34,607 nt of DNA from Klebsormidium nitens (lineage: Eukaryota; Plantae; Klebsormidiophyceae): NCBI GenBank assembly GCA_000708835.1, contig DF237719.1:1-34607 (forward strand). The letters run 5' to 3'. A program made the translations under genes and the position numbers. The notes under the pieces are model-generated. The model worked only from the letters and a program-made list of their open reading frames with translations. It searched no databases and was not told where the DNA came from. Shown one piece after another: positions 10,034-21,900 of this stretch (the stretch's first letter is position 1; each line of letters begins with the position of its first letter).

Positions 10034-12844
10034 CTAGGCGTTTGACATCCTTTGCTTGGCCTGCAGAAGCTTCTGGCAGGCCTTCTGCCACTTCCAAAGA
10101 GCCAGCCTCTGCCGCTCCTCTATCCGCCCCTCAACCGCGGCCTGCCTCCACGCTGCAAAGTACCCTGCCGCCGACCTCAGACTCCAGACCCGCATCGCAC
10201 GCTTCGCAAGGACGACGCGGCTCGTGCCAAGACCGTCCCGGCAGAACTCGTGCCACGATCGCCAAGCCCGGCTCTGCTCCGAGCTTCTCCACTGAGCAAC
10301 CGTCTGCCGCATCAGACGCCGGCTTTTCCCGTACTCATTACCTACCCGCAAAGCGAATCGGTATGCAGCCTCGACCTCTTCCAGCCGAACTAGAGTTGCG
10401 GCTTGTGAATTCCCCGCGCCCATGGGGCCTTCAACAGCAGACTTCCGGCACTGCCCAATCAACTCTTCTAGCGTGTTGATGCCAAGAGCGCCCAAGCATA
10501 CGTGCTCTTCCAACAGCGCTCGAGCGGGTGCTAATCTCGACTTTGGATGAAGACTCCACCACCGGTGCAGAATGACGAGAACCCCCACATCCACCGCACC
10601 GTCCGGGTCTACCGCCACTAGTCTATCTAACTCCGTCCGTTCCCTAACTAAACCCCGCAGATGGTCCAGCCGTTCCAGTAGCATCCCCAGAACGTTGCTC
10701 GCTAACCGCAGGTCTAGCTGCAAGAGAGTTAACAACACGCTTTCTAAGGAGGGGCAGGCGCTCTCGAGAAAACTCGAAACGGCGCCTTCCTCTCCGCAAC
10801 TCGACAACACTGTCAACCCTTCAACGACGAAGTCCGCCGTTTCCTTTGCTAGCCCCGAGCTTTTCTTTACGGAGGCCCAATCAGTACCACGGCTTGTAGC
10901 GTTCTTCAAAACTCGATCTTCTACGTGTCCTTCTCCGGCCTGCCCCGGCGTGGACAACAACGCACCATCTTCTCCGACTCTGAGCCGCTCGTCCAATGCT
11001 GGAAGTAGTGGGCCGACTTCATCGTTAGGGAAATTTCGACTGGAAACAAGCGCGCCTGCCACTGATCGCCAGAGCTCCCGAGCCGCCGGACTCTGACCCC
11101 CTCTTTCAAGCTCTTTCCCAACTGCAGCTGCGAGGCGTAACAGCGCTTCCTGTGACAGCTGGACCACTTCTAGGGCTCCCAGGTACGACCCAGCCTGAAG
11201 CGCCTCCGCGAGTTGCCGCCAATCCCACGCAGTGAAAGAGCCCGTGTAAGCCCACTCGAGCACGGCCCGAACCCCCGCTGCACTGCACTCCTCTCTTGAG
11301 ACGCACAGCTTAGTGGAGGGCCCCGAATGTACTCTACCATCCTCTACAAGGGGAATGGTCCGCTCGTCATCTTTCTGTGAGGCAAAGCGCACAGCGGCCG
11401 CGAAGTAGGGAACCCGTTGGCACACTATGCAGGCGTTTGCATATACCACTGCACTGCTGGCTCGATCAGAGCTCTGACTCCAACTTTTATGCTCTTCGCA
11501 ACCAGGGAGTTGCCGACTGCTTCCCAGGACTTCGATCACTATGTCACCGCCCTGCCTTCCTTGCAGATCCTCAAAGAGAGCGCCCAAGGACGTGGCGAGG
11601 AGCCCAAGGCCTGCCTGGCCTGAGGCGCTTCCTAGCGGGCCAATGGTTTGGGGGAAACTGTGGTTGATGGAGAATCTAGGCGAGGCTTGAAGGGGCGGGG
11701 CCTTGAGATCTTCAAGGGCTCGCTTCTCCTTCCATTGGCGAAGTAGGTTAGCTGCGGCTTCTCTCTGCTGCCTGCAGTTTCCAAACGGCCAGTCAGGGAC
11801 GAGGACTTCATACGTTATGCCCAATGACATGGCTATCGATGCAATCTGTTTGATACTCTTCCAGCGCCAAGGTCCTGAGTCAATGTAGCTCCTGCCTTGA
11901 GTTTCGTATTCTTCCCAAACTACATTGCAAGATGCTCATAGGCTGGTCTGGCCAAGACATCTCAGAGTCGTTTGAACCAGCCGGTTGGTATCAAGTGAGC
12001 AATCAAACTCTTAAGTCAGGAAGAGTCTGCACTGTACCTATGCTACAGAACAAATGCAATGCTGACCATCTCTGAGGGAAAGGGGGATCTTCCTGCCATA
12101 CCTGTAAACGGTCCAGCCACTAAGCGTTCTGCTGAGGATTCGGGCCCGCCACTGCCTCTGCGCCTGCAGCTCTGCTTGGCACTTTGCAAGCTGATGGTCT
12201 AGAAATGACCGCCTGGGAAGAAGAAAGTATAGAAATAATGCTGTGGCGCTTATAAGTGATGTGGGCGAAGTGGAGGTTTCTCTCTCTTGTAGAGCAAGCG
12301 CATCGGTCAGTTGGTCCCCAAAGAGGGGTCAGTCAAGGTTTGGCAGCCCCCCGGTTCAGTTAACATCGCCCCCAAACATGCTCTATAGCATTGTGAACTG
12401 GTCATCAAAGACGCTTGAAGGTGAGATGCTTGGGGCTTAAGAAAGTGCTCTTTTGGGGGTTTCAGTTCTTCTATCTTTCATAGAACGCGGCATGTGCGCG
12501 AAGTTGCTCAACAGTCTGCAAGAGCTAGCTAGCCTGGTGCAGTCCTTTCTTGGAAGTAAGATACTTTCTTTTACATTTTCAACGTTCCAGAAGTCCCTCT
12601 TTGAGATTGGAAGTAAAATACTTCTTTCACTTTTTCAAGGTTCCAGAAGTTCCTCTTTGACATTGTAAGTTCTCTTTGCTGTTTCCGCCCTTGGTTTGGA
12701 TGGTCTGCATACTTGATGGTTTGTGATGGCTTTTGACTTTCTTACTCACCATTGAATCCAGAAGACGGAGAGGGGGTTGCCGTGCATTCTCCATGCCCGC
12801 CATGCTTGTCGTACTGCTTCTTCAGAAGGAGGCTCCTCGTCCAT
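10034..12844 (-). CDS. BTB/POZ-domain protein with N- and C-terminal Sfi1-like Trp repeats, 3 exons, ~647 aa
   Basis: Exons are 12844-12750, 12212-12102 and 11771-10034, with GT-AG introns, both phase 2, for 1944 nt. The BTB core reads GDIVIEV...VVYANACIVCQRVPYFAAAVRF...AAGVRAVLEWAYTG...LAEALQAGSYLGALEVVQLSQEAL. The first ATG is uncertain, because an acceptor-like TTCCAG lies just upstream and a further 5' exon is possible. Confidence 0.8.
12550..12670. repeat. Imperfect ~57-bp tandem duplication in intron 1 of the BTB gene
   Basis: TTGGAAGTAAGATACTTTC...GTTCCAGAAGTCCCTCTTTGAGA (12550-12606) is followed by TTGGAAGTAAAATACTTC...GTTCCAGAAGTTCCTCTTTGACA (12607-12662) and a partial third copy, TTGTAAGT. 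Confidence 0.85.
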
Positions 12845-13057
12845 TCTGGAACATATGTCAAGCTAATACGCCAAGCGACCGCTCCCAGAACGTTTGGACA
12901 CACATACGGCGAATACTTCAGGATCAAGCAATGGGGGCTCTGCGGGCCTGTCCTTGGAGATTCACAGGTTTCCTAGATACCTAGGTACTCCGCTTCTGTC
13001 ATCGAGGAACCTGAACGCAATGCGGCCGGGCGCCAAAGCCAGGTTGCGGCAGGCTCA

Positions 13058-13119
13058 GGCCCAGCTGGAAGAAAGAGTCGGACAGCCCAGTGCGTTTGCA
13101 GACCAAGAAATTAGGGTTT
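13058..13119. promoter_or_regulatory. Telo-box plus two site II motifs in a putative bidirectional promoter
   Basis: TTAGGGTTT (AAACCCTAA on the - strand) at 13111-13119, GGCCCA at 13058-13063 and AGCCCA at 13084-13089 (TGGGCY on the - strand). These lie between the divergent start codons at 12844 and 13418. Confidence 0.4.
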
Positions 13120-13417
13120 AGAAAGACATGGGACAAGGTCAGGTTGCATCTCATCCGTCCATTGGAGAACGACTGGTTTCCGACGTACGCTTCGCATCCA
13201 CCTTGTGGGGCGATGGGCGTCCTCCGTTGACCAGCCCTAAAGCATTGCCCCAGCGCCATATGGGGCCTGAGAGAAACCATGGCTGCGGCAGCATTGTAAT
13301 TTGAGCTACACGAGTACATATCAGAGTTCCTCGCTTGATTTTGCTTGCTGAGGCGCTCTTTGCAGTAGTGATCCATTGCAGGCTACTGCATGGAACATTA
13401 TTGCTGGAGTCTACTCC

Positions 13418-16400
13418 ATGGCGGCTGCTTTGCACTTGGAGAGAGGCTGCTTGAAAGCCTGGGCTCATGCAGGGGCTCGAGAGGCTAGGATGAGTAGCAC
13501 GTTGTATGCTCGTCCTGCTGCATCAATCTGCAACAGGGCGTCAACGTCAGTCCTTGTGGAAAGATCTCCAGCAGCTTGCATGTCAACTGCCTCATTGGGA
13601 ATGATGCCCAGTACCCAAATACCAAGCGGAGAACGTAGTGATCCAAGAAGTATTGCAGCAGCTTGTGGGACATTGTTTTCTAGACTGACGCAGCCAAAGC
13701 TTTCTGCATTGAAGAGGGGTGAATTTGCACCACCACCTAGAAAACACCTCATAGGTCCTCCAGGAGCAGCATCAGTTGATACTCCTGTAGTCCTGCAAGA
13801 CTTTGCGAGCCAGCAGCTGCACAAAGGCATTCAAAGGAGATCTCTGACAGTCTGTGGTTCTGCACCAAACAATCAGGCAAGTGTGCCAGCTACCCGTCAG
13901 TTGTTTTTGATCACTGTGTTTGACTTTTCTTTTCTGCTTCAAACCTTTGATAAGTTTACTACATTGTACCAACTCAATGTTCACAGTCTCTCAGCATGTA
14001 AACCAAGGTTATTCAACTTCAAACTTCTAATGCAAAATTCATTCAACAGATAGCGGATGGATTCTTGACACCAGGGCCTGCACCAACTGAGAAAGGGTCA
14101 GATCTTATATTCATTGGCACGGGGACAAGTGAAGGCGTCCCACGAGTCAGCTGCCTGACGGACCCAGAGCGTCAATGCCAGGCAAGTCCCTCTTCGCGCT
14201 GCCGAGACTCTTAGTTGTTCAGTTGAGTCAGCTTCTCTGACCAACAGCAGCAACTCAGCTACACACTTGCCAGATGCGCAAGCTTACATTGCTTACATTA
14301 GAGATTATCCTCTGTTCGTAGTGTACTTGGAAAGCTGACGATGCAGACAGCGTCTCTGCAGATCTGTTCAGATGCGGCTCGGCCTGGGAGCAGAAACAGG
14401 AGGAGGAACACGAGCCTGATGATTCGTTATGAGCATCCCGATGGTCGGAGGAGGAACATTCTGATTGATGCGGGCAAGTATGAGCCAACACCCTGGAACA
14501 TTCTACCTATCCGACGCAGAGGGGAAATTGACAGAGACACAGCTTACTTTTGACTAGCAAGTCTGTGCTTCGAAGTTGGGGATCAGGTTTGTACTTGCAT
14601 AAGTGTTCCTGCTCAGACACCAAGTTTGGGAACTACAGCATAGAGCCTCTGCTTCAAAGGAGCACACTCAAAGGAGCAGGTTGTCTGCCCCTTCTTCTAG
14701 ATGGCAACATGAGAAAGTGTTTCTCTGATGTGAATGCTTTTGCATACTCTTACAAATTGCTTCTGCTTCTGGCCCAGGTTCTTCTACCATAGTGCCCTGC
14801 AATGGTTCCCGCAACTCGGGTAAGTGGAAGCCACCGAACCAGCAATGCCTAGCTTTTTGTGGGACATGTATAGTAGTACGTTAACGGGAGTACCAATGAA
14901 GGTTCCTTTAGACTAGTGAATAGCTGTTTCAGATTTTTGTCTATCCTGGATCGTTTAAAATCATCTCTGGCCTCAATTCTAAGCACATTTTAACACAAAA
15001 CTCCTCTTTGTCTCACAATCAACTGCCAAGATCCCTTTGTTCCCGTGACTACTTATCCAGAGGCACATTGTTGAAAGTTTGGCTTTGTCATCACATGAAA
15101 CATCGTTCCTGCTCCTATCGTACAGGATCAGACAACTAGACGCCCTTGTAATTACGCACAGCCACGCTGATGCAATAGGAGGTGAGCCGCACGCCCACAG
15201 AATCATCTCTGACCAGTCGTTCAGGAACTCAAAGATGGAGCGGTTCCCTCTTCTCGAATACCGACTGGGTTTCACATCATAGCAGGTGTAGATTGGACTT
15301 GAAAGTATTTGGTACCGCTTTTGTTTCAATGGAGGTCGATATGAACGGAAGCTTAAGTTTTGATGCCGACTGTTCAAAGAAGTGATTTGGTTACCACAGG
15401 CTCCCTCTGGCATGCTTGGAGGTTCGGACGCTAAGTTGTATTTAATCAGAGTTTCTTGCGAGCAGGGATCCAACTCGTCATGCTGTTGAGCAAAACCTTT
15501 CTTCTCCTTCTCCTAATGTTAACAAAGGTCCTCATCGATCTTTTCAGGACTCGACGACCTGCGAGACTGGACGAACAACATCCAAGACAAGGTTCCTATC
15601 TATGTAGCACCACGCGACCTCGAGGTGGGTCTCGAGGCATGGTGCTTGGAGCTGCTGACGCTCGTTACAACGAGCATATGCCTGTCTCCCTCACCAGTTC
15701 TCACTAACATATTTGGTTGGTTTTGACAGTCTGCTTATGGACGCAAGAGTGCAAACATCTGTTTTGAAAGGCTCGTGCTTTCTGGTCCTCCGAACATGCC
15801 GCTGCGATCTGTTGGCTCTGCCTTGAACCCAGGTGCGTCTGTAATCGCAGGCTTTCACCAAAACAAAATGCCCTCTAAGGTCTCACGGAGTCACCGGAGG
15901 ATGCTCGTCCACTCACTGCAAATCTGCTAAGCTTTTGCTCGTCAGCATCCTGAACAGTTTCGCAAGTTTCACCTTGACGCAGGTGATGGGCAGGACGCAC
16001 TACTATCTTGTGGACCCGAGCGTCATCACCAAGGGCACCGCCGTGTCTACGCTGGACTTCAAAATCATGCCTGAGACGCCCTTTTCGGTTCAAGGCCTAC
16101 AAGTAAGCGGGCAATTCTTACAGAGAGTACTCGACTGTTCATCCGGCTTCCGGACGGTCTCAAACCCAGCCTTTGTTAGACGATCATATTCCCTGTCTCG
16201 GCCTCAAGTTCTTTCGAACATTCTTCTCCGTGCAATACGAAGTCCGTGGTAAATCTGCTTCGCCTCTTGCAGGACAAGAAGATGCTCAACATTGTAAAGC
16301 CGAACCATGTTTCGCTTCCTCGCAGATAACTCCGCTACCCGTCTGGCATGGGAAAGGATACAAATCGCTTGGGTTTCGCTTTGGAAACATCTGCTACATA

Positions 16401-17742
16401 AGGTATGATCTTTGGGCTTGGCTTCGTGAAGTGTTGCTCGGCTGATTCACAGCTTGGATGTCTCTTGGAAGAGGGTCCAGGGGCGTATTGAGACGTTTCG
16501 ATGCTATTGTGCCCAACTGATACAAAACATTCTTGCCATAACCTAGCACAGCCCACTCGAGAGCCTTGCTTTCGAACCAGGCCTGCATGAAGAATTACAA
16601 AGCCTCCCTCACCAGTTTTGAGTGCAGATGCTCCGGGATCCGGAATCGTCTCCGGAACCGGAACTCTCTTCCAAGACTGATGAGAAAAGCTCCGTTCTCC
16701 TTTCAGTGACGTCAGCAAGATACCCGAGGAAACGTACCCGCTTCTCCAAAATTGCGATCTGCTCATTCTTGTGAGCTCCCCAACCTCTCTCTAGCTTGCT
16801 TCCACTCCTTTCTGAAATCCGCTGGGGTAAATCGTTGGCATTCTGCACTTTACGAGAAGTTGGTTCGTCTGACTGGATGAGAAAGAAGGTGTCAAGTCAA
16901 CCATCCTTGTCTTATTCTGCAATGGGCCGCGCGACTCGTGAGGACGCAACTGTGCGAGGTAGGTAGAATCATCGGCGAAATGACTGTTGGTGCGTTTTAG
17001 CACTCTTCTCAGGTTGCTAGTTGGGTCTCCTTGACCCAATCCATTCGCGGGCACCACCTTTAGTCCAATGCCAGGTGACTTGAAACAAGAAAGGGCAGGT
17101 ACTAGAGGGATCCTGACGTCAGCTGCTGCCCTCACCCGGTCTGCAGGATGCTCTGCGGCCTGATGGCGGCAGCAGTACGCACTTCACTCTCCCGGAGTCA
17201 CTTGACGAGGTGCGGAAGATCAGGCCGCGACGGACTTTGTTTACAGGTGAGGCTTCTTGCTCGCAGCAAACGTTTTGCATGATGAATCGAGCCGCATTCA
17301 ACAGAATCATGCTATCCTATTCTCGTGTCGAGCGCATACGACCTCAAATCGACGAAACGTCGAGACGCGAGAGTCGCTGTTCCTACTTATGCGGCTCTTT
17401 ATTTTCAGCATCAATCCTTTGCCTCTGAAGCGTTTCGGTTGTTAAGTGTCTCGTAATCAGATTGAGAGTACAGCAGTTACTAACGGCACGGCTCAGCCAC
17501 TTGAGCTTGGGTTTCGGACCTTGGTACGCTTCATCTTCCTCTTTCAGGTCCCCTCGATTCTGTGCCCTATGCGAATCATTTGTCTTTGCATATTGTGAGG
17601 CTGACAATCGTGTCTGGCTGCAGGCATGATGCACAATATGGACCATGACGAAATCAACAAACAATTGGCGTTGCTGCGAGAGAGCGAAGGTATTGTAGCA
17701 GAGCTGAGTTACGACGGCATGAGGATACCTATCTCCTTGTAA
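13418..17742 (+). CDS. Metallo-beta-lactamase-fold hydrolase (PhnP-like, plant 'putative hydrolase C777.06c' type) with N-terminal organellar transit-like extension, 11 exons, ~453 aa
   Basis: Exons are 13418-13876, 14050-14181, 14362-14477, 14778-14819, 15126-15181, 15548-15624, 15983-16102, 16326-16402, 16707-16770, 17147-17246 and 17624-17742 (1362 nt). Motifs present are LIFIGTGTSEGVPRVSCL, NRRRNTSL, NILIDAGKFFY, THSHADAIGGLDDLRDW, PLPVWHG, YISDVS, DALRP..STHF and GMMHNMDH..LSYDG. Introns 1 and 2 use GC donors. The start could alternatively be the ATG at 13490. Confidence 0.93.
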
Positions 17743-18486
17743 CGTCGTCAATAATGGTCCTTCCCTTAGCCCAAGTTGTAAAGAGAGCTTCATTAAGATT
17801 CTTTGTCTGGGACACACTATCCAGTCGGACTCCGTGGTTTTATGAGGTATAACAAACATCATGATCTGGAGTTGGGTGCTTTTCTTCGAAAAGCACAACT
17901 GCTGAGCAGGAAGAGGAGAATGCTTCTCCAACGACTGGGCCTTATATCTGGTGCTACGGTCTTGCATTTTTGTTGATATCCAAGCTTCATAAATCTTAGG
18001 CTTACAAATTACACTGCTCTCCATGTCTTTTCTTAGAATCGGCTCCTTTACAAATACCGCTGGCTTCGTGTGCGGGTTGATACTGCCTGACTCGTCCTGT
18101 ACGACGCTATCGCGCGCTACCAGCCGCAGGCCTTACGTGACCTGGGTGGGCCATGGAGCATAACCTGAAGTGTGCTGGTGCATGATCGCGATGGGCGCGG
18201 GCCGCGTCCACTGTCCGACCCAACGGTAGCGCCCGGGGTTCAGGGGTTTAAGGCAGGATCGGACGGTCAAAGGTGACCGTACGAGATCCGTCCGGACTCC
18301 GACGGTTATTGGTACCAGTTGGATCGACCGCTCGAAATGATTGTCCCCGTCTTGAAATCGACGTCAAGAGAGGTCCTCTTGACCTTCTGTGCGCGTACAG
18401 TTCATAGGTTGTATGGCGTTGAATGCAGCTAGGTTCTGCGACGGAGAACTTAAGCCTACCATTACCTATCTAATAAAGTAAGGTAG

Positions 18487-18575
18487 GTACCTACTACCAT
18501 GGGTACGGTAGTACGGTATGTACGACTACCGCCGCCGGTGTACCAGTGCCTATGTACATCCTAACAGTACCGTAC
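18487..18575. promoter_or_regulatory. Dense GTAC cluster (candidate SBP-box/SPL-CRR1 binding sites)
   Basis: Eight GTAC cores at 18487, 18503, 18511, 18520, 18540, 18554, 18567 and 18572, including GTACGG twice and CCGTAC once. The cluster lies ~400 bp upstream of the ATG at 18982. Confidence 0.4.
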
Positions 18576-18981
18576 GTGTGGCTACAGCTGTGACATGCAA
18601 GACTTTGCTCAAAGTCTCGTGCAGGACACTTGTAGGTACCTTGGCCGGGTGGCAGTTAACTCACACTACATGGTTTGTAAGTGCTGCATTCCTGAAGTGC
18701 GCCCGTGATCAATCTTTGTTTGTGCCCGTACCAACCAGATAGGCCGATACCGCCTACCTACCTAGATATGGTGGCGGCGTGCTTCTGAGTAGGAGTGTCT
18801 GAGAAGGAGTTCAAGCTCAGGATTGAAGAACAGGAGAAGGCTCGTTGCACCACCTTTGAGCTGTGAGGTTTTGTTGGAGCTGGTCGCTCTTTTCTTTACC
18901 CTTTTTGCCAAAATCCTGTCGCTCAAACCGGCCAAGGTCCTTCCCAGGCTGCTGCATGGCAATTCGCCAGCTGACGTAGCC

Positions 18982-21900
18982 ATGGCATTACTTCCACCCC
19001 CACCGCAGAGAGGGCAGCGCCTCAGCTTCCTGGGCACGTCATTGTGGACGCTGGACAGCGTGGACTCACTGATCCTTCCAAACGAGAGAAGAAAGTACGA
19101 GCAGCATTTTCACCAGCTAGACGCAGACCGAGATGGGTTTGTGCAAGGTGGGTCATTTGCAACCAAAGCTTCTACTTGTCTGTCTCTTGTCAGATTGCCC
19201 CCTAGACAAGCTAGATGCTCCACAGACTCTGTGTCATATTCTAGCTCTTGTGTGATCTCCCTTCTTGAAAAAGTATGATATGTGACAAAGCTGGCCAGTT
19301 AGGCAAGGATATCAGCTGACATTGAGCAATGTCGACCAGATTGGACCTGGTGAAAGATATGCTCTTTTGTTGGTCGTTGCCGAATATGGAGCTCAGACTG
19401 AGTTGGCATTTGGACTCAGACGCAACGCGTTGTGTTTGAAGCACCTTGTGGAAGGGTTTTAAAGCGTGCTCTTTACCGTGGCTAAACATCTACGCAGTCT
19501 TTTACCAAAGAAAATGGGCACTATAGTTACCCCATGCTGAGACCTGCATTTTGCCCGCCAGCTGACCACTTAGTAGAGTTCCATTTGTTTTGCCCGTCAC
19601 GTTCTGTGCTCCGCTTTCCTGGCCTGCCTTCACTTCCATTCAGGAGCCTGAGAAGTCGACTGTAACTGTTTTCTATCTTGTTGCAATTCTAGCCTGCTGA
19701 TGGCGCGATCTGGCCAAGCTCTTCAGGGATATCAATAAACCATCCGGCCCTCACAAATACTCCCCTCGCCACGCAGCTCCTGAGGGCAAGCACCTGCTCG
19801 CCCGCTCCAAAATCCCCGCGCGCATCATCGACGAGATCTGGGCCTTTTGCAACACGCCGCGCTCCTCGGGTCTCTCCTGCCGGGAGTTCACATGCGCCAT
19901 GCACCTCACCTTCCAGGCCATGCATGTGACGAGCTCCGCTTTGGGGGGCCAGCCCCAGCAGGCAAATGCGACCCCCCAAAGTGGAGAAACGAAGACGCCG
20001 GTCGTGCCTCCCCCTTGGTTGTTGGCGGCTCAGCAGGAATATAAGAGCAGTCAGATGGTGTCCCCTGTTACCACCCCCCCACCAAGAAAACCCAGTGTAA
20101 ATACCGCCCCTGGAGTGATCCAGCCCGCTAGTGACAAGCCAGAGAACTGGGAGAGGTTCTCCCCAACAGGGCCGGGAAGTGGGTTTTCAAATGTGGGCCA
20201 GGGTTTTGTGCCTGCAAACCAAGGTGTTAGCTTCGTCGGTAGCGGGTTAATAAGCCCGGAGGTCCTCCCGACACCCTGGGTTACGTTCGACTCCGGCGAT
20301 AACCACCGGCGCCTGAACCGGCACACGTCCATGCCAGAAAGCCAGCTTAACCCCGTCTGGTCAACAATGACCCAAAACCGGGGCTTCCGGGAACGACAGC
20401 CCTCGGGTCCGTTTGCACCGCAGCCTGCAATTTTCCAGGGGGGGCAAGAGCAAGCCTTTGAGAGGACCCTTTCCCCAGAGCCCAAGGACCCCCTGATAGG
20501 CACTCAGCCGGATATGATAAGCCAGCGGAGCGCTCGGTTGAGGCGGCGGCCAATGACGTACGAGATCGGGAAGCGCCAGCAGAAGCGGCGCACCCGTTCG
20601 TTGTACGGTACCCTAAGTGAGGACCTTACTTTGTATTCCGTGGAGAACAGCGATAGTGTGCAGATCAAAGGAGGGGCGCTCAGCCCAGTTCCCGAAATGG
20701 TCGATTCACTGCCCCCAGTCGCCGTAGAGGACACAAGCTCTGAGAATGTTACGGAATTTCAATCGCTCCAAGCGCAAACGAGCGCTGAGGCTGAGATCAA
20801 TAACCAAACTCCTCGGGCGCGAACAAGCAGCTTGACGGAGGCGAAGCCTTCCGGGCAGTCTCTGGAAAGCCAAGAGCATTTGAAGCAGAGCACCGAAATA
20901 CTAGAGGTCGTTGGGTTGACAAACAAGCTTCGGGAAGAAGAAGAGGTGCTGCAAAAGGAAATTGTAGAGGCAAGAGGCGAGGAGTCGGGGCTCCAGAAGC
21001 GGTTGGAAGAAGTGACGGCGGAGAAGAAGGAAGTGGAGGAAACAATTGGAAGGGGAAAGAACGAGCTGCAACAGCTGCGGTCGAATGTGGACGATCGACG
21101 AGCGGAGCTGACGCGACTGGAAGACGAGGTGGGTTTCTGGAGCTCTTAAGTTTTATGCTTCGTTTTGGGCTCTTCCCTTCTGTAATGGTTGTCTTTGTTT
21201 CTGTATTAGTTCCGGGGGCTCTTTGTTTCTTCTCTTAACTGTGGCCTGCAAAGTTCTTTCATGTTCGATTATGAGACAGGATCCGGCTCATGCGAATCGC
21301 AGAAGTCTGCGGGTTCCGTACTTCCAGCCTTTTGCATTGCCACGGGTTATTGTGTTCAGTCGCTTGGGTGCCATTCTGCAAGTCGACTTCTGAGCGCAAC
21401 TTGAGCTCGCGTCGAACGATGAAAAACTGACATACATCAAAATGGCAACTGCCGGATGATGAAGCGGGTCAAACATGTGCACTTTTGCCACAAGATTCAA
21501 GTGTCACGTATTTGCGAGAAAGCTACAACCAATAAAGCGCGAAACCCTGGTGCGCCAGGTCTGCTGCTTCGATCGCAAGCGGTTCGCGGACTGATAGTGC
21601 AGACCCAAAGAGATTGCAGGTTTGGATACTGTGATTGTTTTCAGAAGCGACTCCGGGCCACGTTGAGCTTACTTGCTCGCCAAGTGTACATCGAGTGAGC
21701 ACTAATATCGAAGCATCTTGTGTGAATCTGACACACATCATAAGAGCGAAATACAGATGGCGCATACGTTGACAGCCCACTCAATGTTGAAGGAACGTCC
21801 ATCAAGTGAAGGACCAATAGCTTGCTTACTCCCAGTACTTAATTCGCAGATGCACGATCTCAAGCGGAAGCGCAGTCAGCTTGATTCCGAGAAAGACAGC

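Noticed and set aside
11772-11830. ORF-track start MSLGITYEVLVPDWPFGNC for the BTB protein
   Set aside because: A phase-2 acceptor at 11772/11771 joins two upstream exons that continue the Trp-repeat pattern, so this stretch is more likely intronic.
13465-13830. 121-aa minus-strand ORF as an upstream part of the BTB gene
   Set aside because: It is antisense to exon 1 of the hydrolase, and I found no phase-consistent splice path to the BTB exons.
15153-15176. HxHxDA instead of the HxHxDH metal-binding motif, read as a dead enzyme
   Set aside because: As I recall, plant orthologues of this family also read THSHADAIGGLDDLR, so this is a family trait and not a local anomaly.
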